A stretch of DNA of 64,000 nt from Picochlorum sp. SENEW3. Lineage: Eukaryota. How positions within the stretch are numbered: the stretch's first letter is position 1; each line of letters starts with the position of its first letter. Positions 9,583 through 22,725 of this stretch are shown piece by piece. Both the position numbers and the translations under genes were made by a program. Where the stretch lies: contig CP120454.1 in the NCBI GenBank assembly GCA_034226945.1, positions 1,488,001-1,552,000 of the forward strand, read 5' to 3'. The notes below the pieces were generated by a model. That model did not search any database, was not told where the DNA came from, and saw nothing but the letters and a program-made list of their open reading frames with translations.

Positions 9583-12500
9583 CTAGTTCAAGGGTGTGTT
9601 CTTTGGCACGAAGACCTCCTTTTCCCTGGATAAAAGTTGATCTTCTTTTTCTTTTAAACTGTTGGTTGCATGTTCGAGCTCCTTTTGTCGCTCTTGCAGA
9701 ACCAAATGTTCCTTTTGGATCAATCTGTCTTGCTCCTCCAATTGTTCTGCATACTTGATCATTGATACTTTCTCGTCTTCAAATTCCACAAACGCTTCAT
9801 CTATATGAAGAGACACTTCCTCTAGCTCCATGGACCGCTCCTCGATCTCCGCTAGTCTTGCTTGGGCTTGAGCTGATGCTTGAGAAGCAACCTCCATTTC
9901 TTTCTGTGCTGCCAGCAACAAGGCATCCGCATCAGCTTCCCTCTCTTTTAGGTTTGATTCTTTCGCTGAAAGAGATTCTTCGAGGGTACGTAATGCTGAT
10001 CTCTTGGATGACAAAGCTAATGTTTCGTCGCGAATCCTATCTTCATTTTCCATCGTTCGGACCTCCCTATCCTCAAGGGCCTCTCTTTGGTTTGACAAGC
10101 GCCTCTGTAAACCTGACACAGCCTTTTCGCGATCTCGGAGTTCTGACATTCGGTCTTTCCATGACGATTCTAGAGATTTGAGGCTCTTGGTGCGAGCATG
10201 CAGGTCCTGTTTGGATGCTTCAAGAGCTTCTTGCTCTTTCTGCAACTCCTCCATCATGTCATCCATCCTCTTCTTGTCGTGCGACAGCTTGCGCTGAGAC
10301 ACCTCGAGGCTTGCCATAGCACCATTCACCTCCTCCTCTTTTTCATGCAATTCCTTCATCAACTGCTGGGCTTTGTCCTTGTTTTCTCTGGCCTCACATT
10401 TCTGGCTTTCGAAATCCGCCCAGCTATTTGATATTTTCTCTGCACTTAATTTCAGTCTTTTAGATTCTGCTGCAAGGGAAATTGCCCATCGCTGAAGAGA
10501 TGTCTCCCGCTTAGTGGCCTCTGCCCACAATTTATATCGATTCAAGGCTGACAATGACTCTGATGCTCCACCTCCAACACTGTCAACTGCAATCTTCTCT
10601 TGGTACACATCGTGATATTTGCTCGTTCCTGCTGCATCTTGGCCGCATAACTCCGATCCAAGAAGGCTATACAGGGCACAGGGTGGATCGTGTTCAACGG
10701 GTGCAACCAATTTGGATGCTTCTTGTTTGACCACATTCCAACTATCGTGTAATTTCCATTCTCGCTGTTGCAGTTCCGATTCGTATTCTCTTAATGCTAT
10801 CCGACTTTCTTTCAGTATGACCTCCTCCTGCTTCAGATTTTCCACAGCCGCTAAAGCCTTTGACTCTCTTTCTTTTGCAAGTTTCACCTCCTCTTGCCAA
10901 CGAAGGATGAGCTCCTGAGCATTCTTTTGTTTGCTGTCAGCCTCCTGCATTTGCATCTCAGCCTGCGACTCTTTCATCGCAGCGGCTAACTCGCGCTGTC
11001 GAGAAGACTCTAAAAGTTTGCTTAGTTCCAAATTCTGATTTGTGAGGTTGGATTGCAGCTCTTCAGCATCCTTCTCCATTTGCAAGATCCTCTTCTCCCT
11101 GGTTTCCAGAAGTTTCCTATCTCTTTCAAGCTCAGATTTCATTGCATCCACGGAATTCAAGGAATAAATAGACTTTCTGTGCAAATTTTCAACATCCACC
11201 TTGTTTTCCTCAAAGAGCCTTTGATCGTCCTCAAGAGAAGCATACTTCTCAGCCAAGGCCTTTTCCCTCTTCTCAATCTCTCGGAGAGAATTCGAGATTT
11301 GCTCGCTTTTCTGTTCAAGTTCGGCCCTTGCCTTCGAAATATCCGATTGGCTCTGCTCCAATGCCTTAATCTTGTGGCTCAAAGAACGTTCTTGAGATTC
11401 CAATCTCGTTTGGTCTTCGCCCACCTTTTCCAGCAACGCTGTTTCTTTCTTCGAGAGGTCATTTACCATCTGCTCCAAGTCTTTCTCCTTTTTATCCAGG
11501 GGTTTTTCTTTTTCTTCCAGCAGAGCCTCTTTAATTCGAAAGTCCCTCTCCCAGGAATGCTTCCTTTGCTCAAATTCATCTTCCTTCTCTTGAAGGATCT
11601 CAAATCGCCTCTCTAAGTCATTCGCTTCGTTCTCAATCTCAACCATAATTTCGTTCAATCCGTCTATATCAGCTTTCAACTCTGTTTTCTTTTCGGACAG
11701 TTCAGACATCTGAGGATGAAAGGTTTCCTCAGCCTCTTGCAATTGAGTTTCTCTGAGATGTAAATCCTGTATTTTTCAGAAAGGCTCATGCTTTATGATC
11801 ACGATTCCAACATTCAAAATTTTACCACACGATCCATACCTTGATATTTCTTTCTACGTCTTCTCTGCTCGCCTCGACTGCCTCAGTCTCCTTTACAAGC
11901 AAGTCACGATCTTTTGAGATCTGCTCCTCGAGCAGCATGAGATGCTCTCTCTGCCCCTCAAGGGACATCTCCTTTGCTCGTAAATCCTCCAACGTTTGAG
12001 ATTTAGTTTTCAGAATGGAGGAATATGCCTTTTCGTCTTCCGAAATTTTTTCCCGTAATGCTTGCAAGTCTTGTTTTGATATCTCAATTTGGGCCAACAG
12101 CTGTGCTGCTTCTCTCTCTGCGTCAGAATGACAAGCTGCGATACCATTCAACCTTTCTTCTTCAGATGAAAGTTCCATCTTCCCTTGTGCGATTAATTCT
12201 TTCTCACGCTGTATCGACAGTTTCTCTCGCTCCATCTGTTCAGTGAAGAGGGCTCTCCTTGCCTCTAAATCCCTCCGTTGAGATTCAAAATCCCTACTAC
12301 TTTCTCTCAGAATCCTCCTGTCTTGGTCAACATCTTTTGCAAGCTTTTCAACCTCCTGTTCCTTATTCTGAAGTTCCACTCTTGTATGGTGAATCATGTC
12401 TTCCTTCTCAGCAACACACTTCTCCCGCAAGAGAATATCATTTGCCTGTCTCCACAAGTCATCACATTCGGCCTCTCTTTGAACGAGCGAGTTCTCCCGT

Positions 12501-13598
12501 GCTTGCATCTTGGAGTCGAAAGATTCTTTTCTATCTTCCAACTCACCCAACCGCACGTTCAATCGACGCTCCCTCTCCTCAAGGTCTCTCAAAGACTTGT
12601 CCATACCAAGGGACTTCTTCTCCAATCTAATCCTGAGCAATTCCATTTCTTTCTCCTTCTCTTCAAGCGCCTTTCTCTCTTGATAAATCTCCTTCATGCA
12701 CTCAGCCTTCTTCTCCTCTGCGTCATCGCGAAGATGTGATAGTGCCAGCTGACGACGTGACGCCATCTTCTCCTCCTCCTTCTCCAAATCTAGCTGCAGA
12801 TATTCCAGTGTCTCTCTCGCTGACTCCATCTCTGACATAAGTTCCGTCAGCTCGCCTTTAGTTTCCGACTTTTGACCCAACAAAATCTCGAGTTCCTGCC
12901 TCACAAACATTGTCTCCCTCTCCAACGACTCTTTCCTATTCAAAAGGATGTCGACTTCCCGCTTCAACTGCTCTGCGTGATCTTCACGTTTGATGACAAC
13001 AAGATCTCTACCGTGATCGTGGCTATCAGCTTGTGAATGGGACCGGGGAGATTCCACCGTCATTGTGACATCTTGTGGGCTCTGATCAGAGGCTGACACA
13101 TCCTCATCCACTGCAGAATGCCCCTTGCCCTCCCCAGCTCGACCAATAGCCCCGAGCCTCCAAGAACTATCCCTTGATATAGAAGGAGAATCAGCACCAC
13201 CCCTATCAAGAAGCGGGGATGCCCCTCGCCTCGGCAAGAGCGACACACTAGAACGACGGTGACTTCCACCAACACGCCCATCTCTCGATGCATTCCCCTT
13301 GGTCCAATCCCTACTATTATTGGTCATAGAATCAGTATTTTCCTTCTCGGCGTCTATTCCATCCACAAATCCATTGGAATCTCGAGTCTGTCGGTTCAAA
13401 ATGTTTGAATATCGCTGCGATATTCTTTCGTCCAGTCTCCTCCACTGCACCCACAAATGGATATATGTATTATTTATATTGCATATTAAAGATACATATC
13501 ATCGAATGATGACAGTCCATGACAACATGAAATGTCGTTGTTCGACACAGAACACGTACTGTCTCCTCCAGGGCATCCAATCGGTCACGATCGCCCAT
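9583..13598 (-). CDS. Very long coiled-coil protein (>1200 aa, at least 3 exons); 3' end apparently frameshifted
   Basis: E/K/R/L-rich heptads in ORFs 11822-13456 and 9583-11742, joined by an intron near 11766-11839; 5' exon MGDRDRLDALEET from 13598. Confidence 0.8.
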
Positions 13599-13854
13599 TA
13601 TCAATACAAAGCTATGAAAACATGTGCTGAAATACCAAAGCCAAACCAAGACACCATGTAGATGACAAGACTCCGTAATACAGACTTTAAAACCAAAACT
13701 TTGGTCATGTTCTGTCTTTCCCGGGAGAGTCATTCTTCATAGAGTCCAAATCGGCGGATCTTCCCACGAGCAGTATTTAAAAAATGTGTGAATAGCCTAG
13801 GATTGTTCACGAGCGAGGAGGAGACGGAAACAGCAGTACCACGCAGGGCAGGCG

Positions 13855-14631
13855 ATGGCCAGGGATATTCGATCTGATGCTGATGCATCCACATTTTGGT
13901 TTTTTAGACGACATTCTCGTGTGCATCTGTTTGTGCCCAATCTGATTGGATATGCTCGCATCCTCTGCGCACTGGGTGCGTTCAGTTTCGGAATGACGTC
14001 GCCAGGGTACATGATTGCCCTCTATTTTTTGAGTTTCGCCTGTGATGAGCTAGATGGGAGGTTTGCGAGGATGCTTGGCCAACAGTCCACCTTGGGGGCC
14101 GTGCTGGATATGGTGACTGACAGGGTTGCCACCTGTGGTCTGGTGACGGTGCTATTTGGACGGATCACTGCCGTTCTTCCGCAGCATGGGGATGTCATGG
14201 GTATATCGGTGGATCATATTAGAGTTGTAACGACGGTGGTATTGATTGGACTGGTGTTTTTGGACGTATTTAGTCATTGGTTCCACATGTATGCCAGTCT
14301 TGCACAGAAGGGGTTGGGATCAAGCCACAAGGACACGAGTAAGAAGGATACTTGGCTGTTACGCATGTACTATAAGCATAGACTATTTATGGGGTACTGC
14401 TGTGTTTCCGTCGAGGTCATGTATTTGGCTTTGTATCTCCTCACATTTTATTTGACTGGTGGGCCTCTCTTGCACTGGCTGTATGGTATTGTTATTGCTG
14501 CTGCCCCTGGATTTTTACTGAAACAGGTGGCGAATACCGTGCAATTAAGAGATGCCTCCAAGCATTTGATAGAATTAGATGATGTGAATCAGCAGCGACG
14601 AAGGACTCGGTTATCTTCTAGACGAATGTGA
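13855..14631 (+). CDS. PIS1: CDP-diacylglycerol--inositol 3-phosphatidyltransferase (PI synthase)
   Basis: VHLFVPNLIGYAR; CDP-alcohol phosphotransferase motif DELDGRFARMLGQQSTLGAVLDMVTDR; LDVFSHW; SHKD. Confidence 0.95.
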   Translation: MARDIRSDADASTFWFFRRHSRVHLFVPNLIGYARILCALGAFSFGMTSPGYMIALYFLSFACDELDGRFARMLGQQSTLGAVLDMVTDRVATCGLVTVLFGRITAVLPQHGDVMGISVDHIRVVTTVVLIGLVFLDVFSHWFHMYASLAQKGLGSSHKDTSKKDTWLLRMYYKHRLFMGYCCVSVEVMYLALYLLTFYLTGGPLLHWLYGIVIAAAPGFLLKQVANTVQLRDASKHLIELDDVNQQRRRTRLSSRRM

Positions 14632-15933
14632 ACCAGCATAGTATGCTGACAGTATTTGTAATAGACCATCCATTGCAACATCGCGACGTTTTGATTGTAT
14701 TCTATACTGCAGAACGGCTAGAAGACGAGGATCGCTCTTGTCTGAAGCATATATATGGCCAAGCATGGACTCGTCATCCCTGAGCGAGGATGTCCATGCC
14801 CCTATCCGATTCAGCCACACACGTCTCAAATCCTCTACGTATGCTTTCTGTTCTTGTATCGGCGATGCATGTTCATCTTCCATTTCTATGGGAAGACTTT
14901 TCATACATGAGTAGGAATGTGCATCTTTCCCACTCAAAATGTCAACCATCTGCTCACCATCACCCAGTGCTCGTTGAATATGCTCCAGGCCTAGAGAACA
15001 CGATCTTTCAATCATCTCATCTACAGAATACCTATCAAATGGATTCCCAGTCTCAAATACAAATCCATACTGTGCCATCATTCTGGAATTCGTATACCCC
15101 ACTTTTCCTGTGTAGCTAATGGTAACCTCCTCCCCTTGGCGTACATCGTCTATCGCAAAAACAACCACGGTATTACCAGAAGGGTTGAATGAAAAGTCTA
15201 CGTTAGGCTCCATAGCATGATTCGCGGCGTCGAGTATGGGTACAAAACCATATGACTCATCACCCAACTTGAATGCCCTGCTTCGAACACAACCAAAGGC
15301 ATACTCCATCCATGTCGGCCCGTCTTCCTCCATCTCGACACCTAGACCTGGAAAAAGAGACTTCAGCCTCTTCTTCTGCTCCATAGCCTTCTCCATCATA
15401 TCTTCATCCTGTAATTCTACAAGCATGTGCTCTGGCAGACAGCAGGGCAGCGACATGCTCTTTGGATGTGGCAGCACATAATTTGTATACATTTGCAATG
15501 CCTCTGATCCCATTCCAGACATAGAATCTAGCACACCAAGCGCAAGCAGCACATCCCACGGTAGCGCATCGTCTTTTTCTATGGCCTTTCTCACCCTGGG
15601 CCAGTCACCACGTGGCAACAACAATCCGCCTCCCTCGTAATCCAGCGACATGCACATACCCAATGGAATCTCTGCCAGTACCTCTCCTTTCTTTATTTCC
15701 ACATCAGTGTATATCCCCCTCCCATTCTTCGACGACGAAAGCCGAAGAGGGACACCTCCACCTGCTTGTTCTAACAGGAGTTCAAACACTGACTCTGCCG
15801 TTAATTCGGATGACGATGCATTCACCGCTGATGAAGATCTACAATGTTTGATGGTGTTCAGACTGAAATTTCGGGGAATGCGTCGCCCACCTCCAAAGTG
15901 CACATGTTGACATGGGTACCCATGACGAAGCAT
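14611..15933 (-). CDS. SET-domain methyltransferase (Rubisco LSMT-like), probably plastid
   Basis: NGRGIY, VRSRAF, PILDAANH, EVTISYT...MAQYGFV. Confidence 0.9.
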   Translation of the reverse strand: MLRHGYPCQHVHFGGGRRIPRNFSLNTIKHCRSSSAVNASSSELTAESVFELLLEQAGGGVPLRLSSSKNGRGIYTDVEIKKGEVLAEIPLGMCMSLDYEGGGLLLPRGDWPRVRKAIEKDDALPWDVLLALGVLDSMSGMGSEALQMYTNYVLPHPKSMSLPCCLPEHMLVELQDEDMMEKAMEQKKRLKSLFPGLGVEMEEDGPTWMEYAFGCVRSRAFKLGDESYGFVPILDAANHAMEPNVDFSFNPSGNTVVVFAIDDVRQGEEVTISYTGKVGYTNSRMMAQYGFVFETGNPFDRYSVDEMIERSCSLGLEHIQRALGDGEQMVDILSGKDAHSYSCMKSLPIEMEDEHASPIQEQKAYVEDLRRVWLNRIGAWTSSLRDDESMLGHIYASDKSDPRLLAVLQYRIQSKRRDVAMDGLLQILSAYYAGSHSSRR

Positions 15934-16180
15934 CCTTGTCAACGTGGGTAGATTCTGTACCTATTGAGTTTCCCTGACAATCCCAATGGTATCAAATCAT
16001 CTGGCCCATGCGCATGTGGGTCACGTGACCTCATCCATGCAAGGTCACATCACAGCCTGAGGATGCCCCATGTCAAGGCCTCGTGTCCATTCAAAGGATC
16101 TCTCTGATCCAAAAAACCTTGGACATCCCTCATACACTCTGCTATTGTGTATTACATTGTATTATTTCATTTTAAAGGTG

Positions 16181-17561
16181 ATGGTGGTTCCCATGGGTAT
16201 TCATTCTGAGAATGCAGCAGGCGCTGCAACGAGCGCAGGGAATGGAGCACAGCGTAACCTGACCGGTTACAAAGGATTTACGCGATCCAATCCCATGAAT
16301 GATCGTTTCAATGTGAAGAAATTTGATCATGTGGAGTTTTGGTGCGGAGATGCGGTCAACACGTCCCGAAGGTACGGAGCTTTTGGTTGGTTGTGGGTTG
16401 AACAAGCTGAGGCTGATGTGTCACATGGTCTGTAGGTTTGGCTTTGGTTTAGGCATGACAATGGTGGCGAAGTCGGATCAAGGAACTGAGAATCATCACT
16501 TTGCGAGTTATGTGATGAAGAATAACGATATTGTGTTCAGTTTCACAGCTCCATATTCCTCCAAGACTGACAAGAGTAACAGCAAGCCTCCTCTGCCGTA
16601 CGATGTAGATTTTGCTCATGACTTTTTAAAGTCACACGGTCTTGCTGTGCGTGCTCTTGGTATTCGAGTTGACGATGCCGAGAAGGCGTACCAGCTGAGT
16701 GTGGAACATGGAGCAGTCCCTGTCCAATCTCCAGTAAAGATGACGGGAGAGGACGGATCAGCCACAGTGATTGCCGAGGTTACCTTGTATGGAAATGTGG
16801 TTCTCAGATATATATCAGGAGATTATACCGGGGCATTTTTGCCGGGGTATGAAGCGGTGACAGATGTTCCCACCGTTGATTACGGACTGGAAAGAATTGA
16901 TCATGCTGTCGGAAATGTGCCCGAACTCCTTCCCACAGTGGACTACATCATGGGGTTCACAGGATTTCACGAATTTGCTGAATTCGTGGCAGAGGATGTT
17001 GGGACAGTGGACTCTGGGCTGAATTCGATGGTATTGGCATCTAATAATGAAATGGTTCTCATTCCAGTGAATGAACCAACATTCAATACTCCCAGGAAAA
17101 GTCAGATTCAGACATTCCTGGAACAGAATGAAGGAGCAGGGTTACAGCATTTGGCCCTCAAAACAAATGATATTTTTAGAACACTGACAGAGATGAGGAA
17201 CAGGTCGCATTTTGGAGGCTTTGAATTCATGCCGAAACCCTCACAAGAGTATTACGACAATTTGCCGAAGAAGATTGGTCCATTTTTAACCCCAAAGCAG
17301 TTCAAGTTGTGCGAAGAATTGGGCCTGTTGGTTGATAAGGATGATCAGGGGGTACTCTTGCAAATTTTCACCAAACCAGTAGGAGATCGGTCCACATTCT
17401 TCTTTGAGATCATCCAACGCATTTGCATCAGTGAAAACGCAGAGAAAGAGCCAGTAGTCACTGATAAAGATATTGCTGGCTGTGGTGGCTTTGGAAAAGG
17501 AAACTTTACAGAGCTGTTCAAATCCATTGAAGTGTATGAAACCGAGCTTGGCATCAATTAA
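16181..17561 (+). CDS. HPPD: 4-hydroxyphenylpyruvate dioxygenase (intron 16372-16435)
   Basis: FDHVEFWCGDA, IDHAVGNV, SGLNSMVL, GLQHLAL, LLQIFTKP, FFEIIQR, GGFGKGNF. Confidence 0.97.
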
Positions 17562-17586
17562 ATCTTTGTTACCATCAATAAATCAA

Positions 17587-18171
17587 TTAATTCAATTTGC
17601 TTTCCAAAAGAACGGCATCCCGGGGCTTTACTTTTATGTAATAATTTCTTACCGTCTCAAGAATGACAAATCCATGCTTCAGATAAAATCGAATTGCATC
17701 CTCGTTGCTGACTTGCACATGCAACCTTGCCCGCCCCACCTCTGGAAGGCAGGTCCTGATTGTATCCAGGCATGTGTCTAATAACTTTGATCCAAGTCCT
17801 AAATTTCTATACGGAGCCAGAACTCCGAGCGTTATGATGTACAATATTGGACCCTGCATGTCAACAAAAGAATCAACCCTCCACGCACTGATACCTCTTG
17901 GCAGAACCAAGCATCAACCTACCTCTGGAGTATTTTCTAGTCTGCAAGAGATTCCACCAACAACTTTGCCTCGCAGATGAGCAATCTGAGAAATCTCCCC
18001 GCAGGCCAAAATATCATTATACACCCTTTCAGGATAGTTGATTGGAAAAATGACTTGGTTCAGGGTCTTCAATTTTTGAATATTCTCCCCACTCACCCCC
18101 TCAAAGCACACTTCATCCATACAAAACTTCGAGCTATTCATGAAATCACTACAATCCTCTGTACCGCGCAT
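17587..18171 (-). CDS. NAA50: N-alpha-acetyltransferase 50 (NatE), intron 17854-17922
   Basis: LNQVIFPINY, LYIITLGVLAPYRNLGLG, LHVQVSNEDAIRFY, NYY..DA. Confidence 0.9.
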
Positions 18172-18436
18172 CCTCGAGCCTTTCGTTGCTGGATATCCCC
18201 CTGCCGTCCATGTGGGTCCTTGTGCACCCCAATGCTGTCGTAACTACTAGTCAGCCAACTCCACCTTGGCTTTATGAATTTGTTTTCACATTAGACCAGG
18301 GCTATGCCGTCACCATCACCCTCATCGGCCGAGCATTCCCATGCATCTAGATCTCTAATATTAGAGATCTCTAATTAAAATGTTTTTCTGGGGATGCATC
18401 CGCCATGCAGTATTTAGAATAGAATTTTATGGTATA

Positions 18437-19413
18437 ATGAGTGACAAGGAGTGCTCTGGTAGTGGCCATGAGAAGCCAACGGTCCTGCTCGTGATTGGCA
18501 TGGCTGGTTCAGGCAAGACGAGCTTGATACATCGCATTCAGACACATATAGAAGAGAATGAGAAGGAAGGATACATACTTAACTTGGATCCTGCTGTTCT
18601 CAAAGTCCCATATGAACCGAATGTCGATATCCGGGACACGGTGCGTCTGGGTGCTCTGCCTTGTTCAAACTGTTCGTCTGATTGGATGTACGGCATGTCA
18701 TGTAGGTAAACTACAAGAATGTGATGAAACAGTACAATTTAGGGCCTAATGGGGGCATTCTGACCGCTCTCAACCTGTTTGCCACGCGCTTTGATCAGGT
18801 AGTTGCCCTCTGTGAGAAGCCACGAGACCCTCCGCTCCAGTATGTGATTGCAGACACACCCGGCCAGATTGAGATCTTCACATGGTCAGCATCAGGGGCC
18901 ATTATCTCTGAGGCATTCGCATCTGAATTCCCCACTGTGATTGCGTACGTCGTGGATACCCCGCGCTGCTCCTCCCCTCAGACATTCATTGCCAACATGC
19001 TCCAAGCATGCTCCATCATCTACAAGACCAGGCTGCCCATGGTCCTCGTCTTCAACAAGATTGATGTGTGCCATCATTCTTTTGCAACAGAGTGGATGAA
19101 GGACTTTGATGCCTTTGCAAGCGCATTGGATGCCGATCCGAGCTTTTCAGCCTCATTTAGCAGATCTCTCTCCCTCGTCCTCGAGAAATTCTATGAGAAC
19201 ATACCCCACGTGGGTGTCTCGGCTGCCACAGGAGAGGGCATGAGCGATCTGTTCAAAACAGTTGACCGTTGTAAAGAAGAGTATAAGAAGGAGTACCTTC
19301 CGTACCTCGAGGAGAGGAAAAAGGCAAGGCAGTATGCAGAAGATGCAAAGAAACAGTCAGACTTGGAAAAACTGCAGCATGATATCAAGAACGCCAGCAT
19401 ATTCTCAGAGTAG
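18437..19413 (+). CDS. GPN1: GPN-loop GTPase 1 (intron 18641-18705)
   Basis: GMAGSGKT, NLDPA, LGPNGGI, DTPGQIEIFTWSASG, NKID. Confidence 0.95.
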
Positions 19414-19634
19414 CTGCGTGACTTATGAATACATCATGAGCGAGAGATTGTATGTACACCGGAGAGAGACCACCTCCGTTGACCATCGATGGCAATCGAT
19501 GATGAAAGGCCTTTCGAAAGGAGATCTGCGGATGCCCAGATGGCCCATGTGCTAGCGATGATGACCTCCATCCCAATAGCCAGCACCGCACCCCATCCCA
19601 GAGCAATTCTATTAATATTTTACAATCTAAGATT

Positions 19635-19823
19635 TCAAGAGTCCCCTCTCTGGACCCATCTTGAAAGGTTGTACAGTCTAGGATAGGGTCGAAGCAACTG
19701 TGTATCTGTCACCCCTTGTGCCTTTTGGATATCGCCGTATTCCCCTGATTGGATACGGTTGTGATAGTATTTACTGTAGTGTTTAAAGTAATTCCTATCA
19801 AATCGGTCGTAACCGAGGGTCAT
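19635..19823 (-). CDS. Candidate 62-aa microprotein
   Basis: ATG-initiated ORF with a minus-strand TGTAA (19620-19624) just after the stop. No recognised family. Confidence 0.4.
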   Translation of the reverse strand: MTLGYDRFDRNYFKHYSKYYHNRIQSGEYGDIQKAQGVTDTQLLRPYPRLYNLSRWVQRGDS

Positions 19824-19852
19824 TACAGTTGAGATACGTGTGCCAATACGTC

Positions 19853-22523
19853 ATGGTCAGTTCTGCCTTGTCCAATCTCGGGCACCGAGGACTCGGACGA
19901 GTGAGACAATCCCTATCATTGGGACACAAAAGACAGCATGGGGGTCGTAAGGGTATAGCATGTACGTGATTAATGTTTTGTGATGGGGTATATCTGCCCT
20001 CGTGATTGTGTCCAACGCACTCGACTGACCCCGAGGCATTGTTCGATTTTTACAGATGCCAGCGGTGAAGACAAGCCCAGTACCCCTCTGGAGGTGTTGA
20101 AGAAGGAGAATGAGATTTTGAAGGAGTCCATAGCTGAAGCAGAGGCAGGAGTGGAAGAGTTGACCTCTGAGCTGGAGGGTGCAGGGGTGGACCTGGACAC
20201 TCCAGTGCCTGTGGTTGCCCAGGAGGAGGCAAAGACGTTGGAGGACTTTTGGTCTCCGATTCAGCAGCCGGCACCAGGGGGAGAGTTTGTGGAAGAGCAC
20301 GGGTTGATGTCTCCAGTGCCGGAGCATGATGGGACTGCGTGCTTGCAGTGGGATGATTCTCTGTGGAGCCATGCTGATCATTTCAGGTATAGATGGAACA
20401 TTTTCAAATCGATCAGACATGCCATCGACACGAACGAGGGTGGAATGGAAACATTTACCAAGGGATACAACAGGTTTGGTCTGAACAGAGGGGAGCATGA
20501 GGGCAAGACTGGTGTTTGGTACAGGGAATGGGCACCAGGGGCCAAGGCCATTGCGTTGATTGGAGAATTCAACGATTGGGAACCAAAGCCAGAGCATTGG
20601 GCTATTAAGAACGATTTTGGGACGTTTGAGCTGTTCTTGCCTGATAATGCAGATGGCACATGGGCAGTTCCTCACAGAAGCAAGGTGAAGATCAGATTGG
20701 AGACTGCATATGGGGAGTTCGTGGAGCGTATCCCGGCTTGGATCAAGTGGGCGACGCAAGAATGGAATGAGATTCAGTTCAATGGTGTGTACTGGGAGCC
20801 TCCAGAGAAGGGAGAGCCCGGAGTCTTTGAGGACGGCAAGTCTTACACGTTCAAGTATCCAAGGCCACCTCGTCCTAGAAACTTGCGAATCTATGAATGC
20901 CACGTTGGAATGTCCTCAGAGGAGCCAAAAGTGAACAGTTATATCGAATTCAGAGACGAAATGTTGCCAAGAATCAGGAAGTTGGGATACAATACCATTC
21001 AAATCATGGCAATTCAGGAACATGCATATTATGGATCTTTTGGATACCATGTGACAAACTTCTTCGGGACATCTTCTCGCTGCGGAACTCCTGATGAATT
21101 GAAGTCCATGATTGATGAGGCTCACAGGCTTGGCATTACCGTCCTCATGGATATTGTTCATTCGCATGCAAGCAAGAACACGATGGATGGCATCAATATG
21201 TTTGATGGTACTGATGGGATGTACTTCCATGGAGGAGGCAGGGGATATCACTGGATGTGGGATTCCAGATGTTTCAACTATGGAAATTGGGAAACTCTTC
21301 GATTCCTGATGTCCAACTCGCGATATTGGGTGGATGAATTCAAGTTTGACGGGTACAGATTTGATGGTGTCACTTCCATGATGTACCATCATCATGGCCT
21401 CCAAACAACCTTCACAGGCAACTATGATGAGTACTTTGGGATGTCTACAGACGTCGAGGCCGTTGTCTACCTGATGCTCATGAACAATATGCTCCATGAT
21501 TTGTTCCCAAGTATTGTCACAATCGGAGAGGATGTCTCAGGAATGCCTTCCTTCTGCCGCCCATGGCACGAGGGTGGAGTCGGTTTTGACTACAGACTTC
21601 AGATGGCAATTGCTGACAAGTGGATTGAAGTCCTCTCCAAGTGTGACGATTACTCATGGGACTTGGGAAATATCATCCACACCCTGACAAACAGGAGGTA
21701 TGCTGAAGCATGTGTGGGGTACGCTGAGAGCCATGACCAAGCCCTGGTTGGTGACAAGACCATTGCTTTCTGGCTGATGGACAAGGATATGTATGACTTC
21801 ATGGCTGCTCGAGGAGTAGGTCCGCAGAGCCCAGTTGTTGACAGGGGTATTGCTCTGCACAAGATGATCAGGTTGTTGACCATGACCCTTGGGGGGGAGA
21901 GCTACCTGAATTTCATGGGCAACGAATTCGGTCATCCAGAGTGGATCGACTTCCCAAGAGATGATACATACGATACCTCAACAGGAGCATTTGTTCCTGG
22001 AAATGGAGGCTCTTTGGATAAATGCCGCAGACGGTGGGATCTTGTTGATTCAGAAGTGCTCCGCTACAAGGAGATGAATTACTTTGACGCCGCCATGCAG
22101 CACCTGGACAAGGCATTCGGATTTGTTGGAGCTCCTCATGAATGGGTTTCGAGGAAAGACGAAGGCGACAAGATTGTTGTCGTTGAGAGAGGTGACCTTG
22201 TGATGGTGTTCAATTTCCATCCAACACAATCATACTCTGACTATAGGGTGGGTTGCAACAAACCAGGATCATACAAAGTAGTTTTATCATCAGACGAAGA
22301 GGTGTTTGGCGGATGGAACAATGTCACGAAGAACTCTGACACAGAGTTCATGGCACACGAGGGCAATTATGACAACAGACCATATTCTTTCCAGGTGTAC
22401 GCCCCAAGCAGAACAGTGGTGGTGTATGCCCCAAGTGAGTTTGTCGACAGCACCGCAGACTCGGTCCCAACCGGTGTTCCAGGATTAGCTGTGAAAGGCC
22501 GAGGTCCATATTATGCCATGTGA
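19853..22523 (+). CDS. SBE: 1,4-alpha-glucan (starch) branching enzyme, GH13, plastid (intron 19962-20055)
   Basis: Transit-peptide exon; [27 protein letters not shown]-type [27 protein letters not shown]. Confidence 0.97.
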
Positions 22524-22725
22524 TCCAGTGTTTCATGCCCCTCAGATATGTGATTTAGGATCAACGCACGCACGTCGTCAACCAGTTTTATGAATTACAT
22601 ATTCGTTTGAATGTAATACCGAAATTTTGAGATCAATAGTGTCCTCGATGATCCCTCAGCGAGAATAAAGACTTGAACGGAACTGGACAACGGGAGAATA
22701 AGAAACCCATCTTGCCACAGCAGGC

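Noticed and set aside
19857..21497. Long antisense ORFs opposite SBE (348 aa, 193 aa), and similar ones opposite SBPase, cyclophilin and the coiled-coil gene
   Set aside because: Shadow ORFs from biased codon usage on the coding strand; no protein-like motifs.
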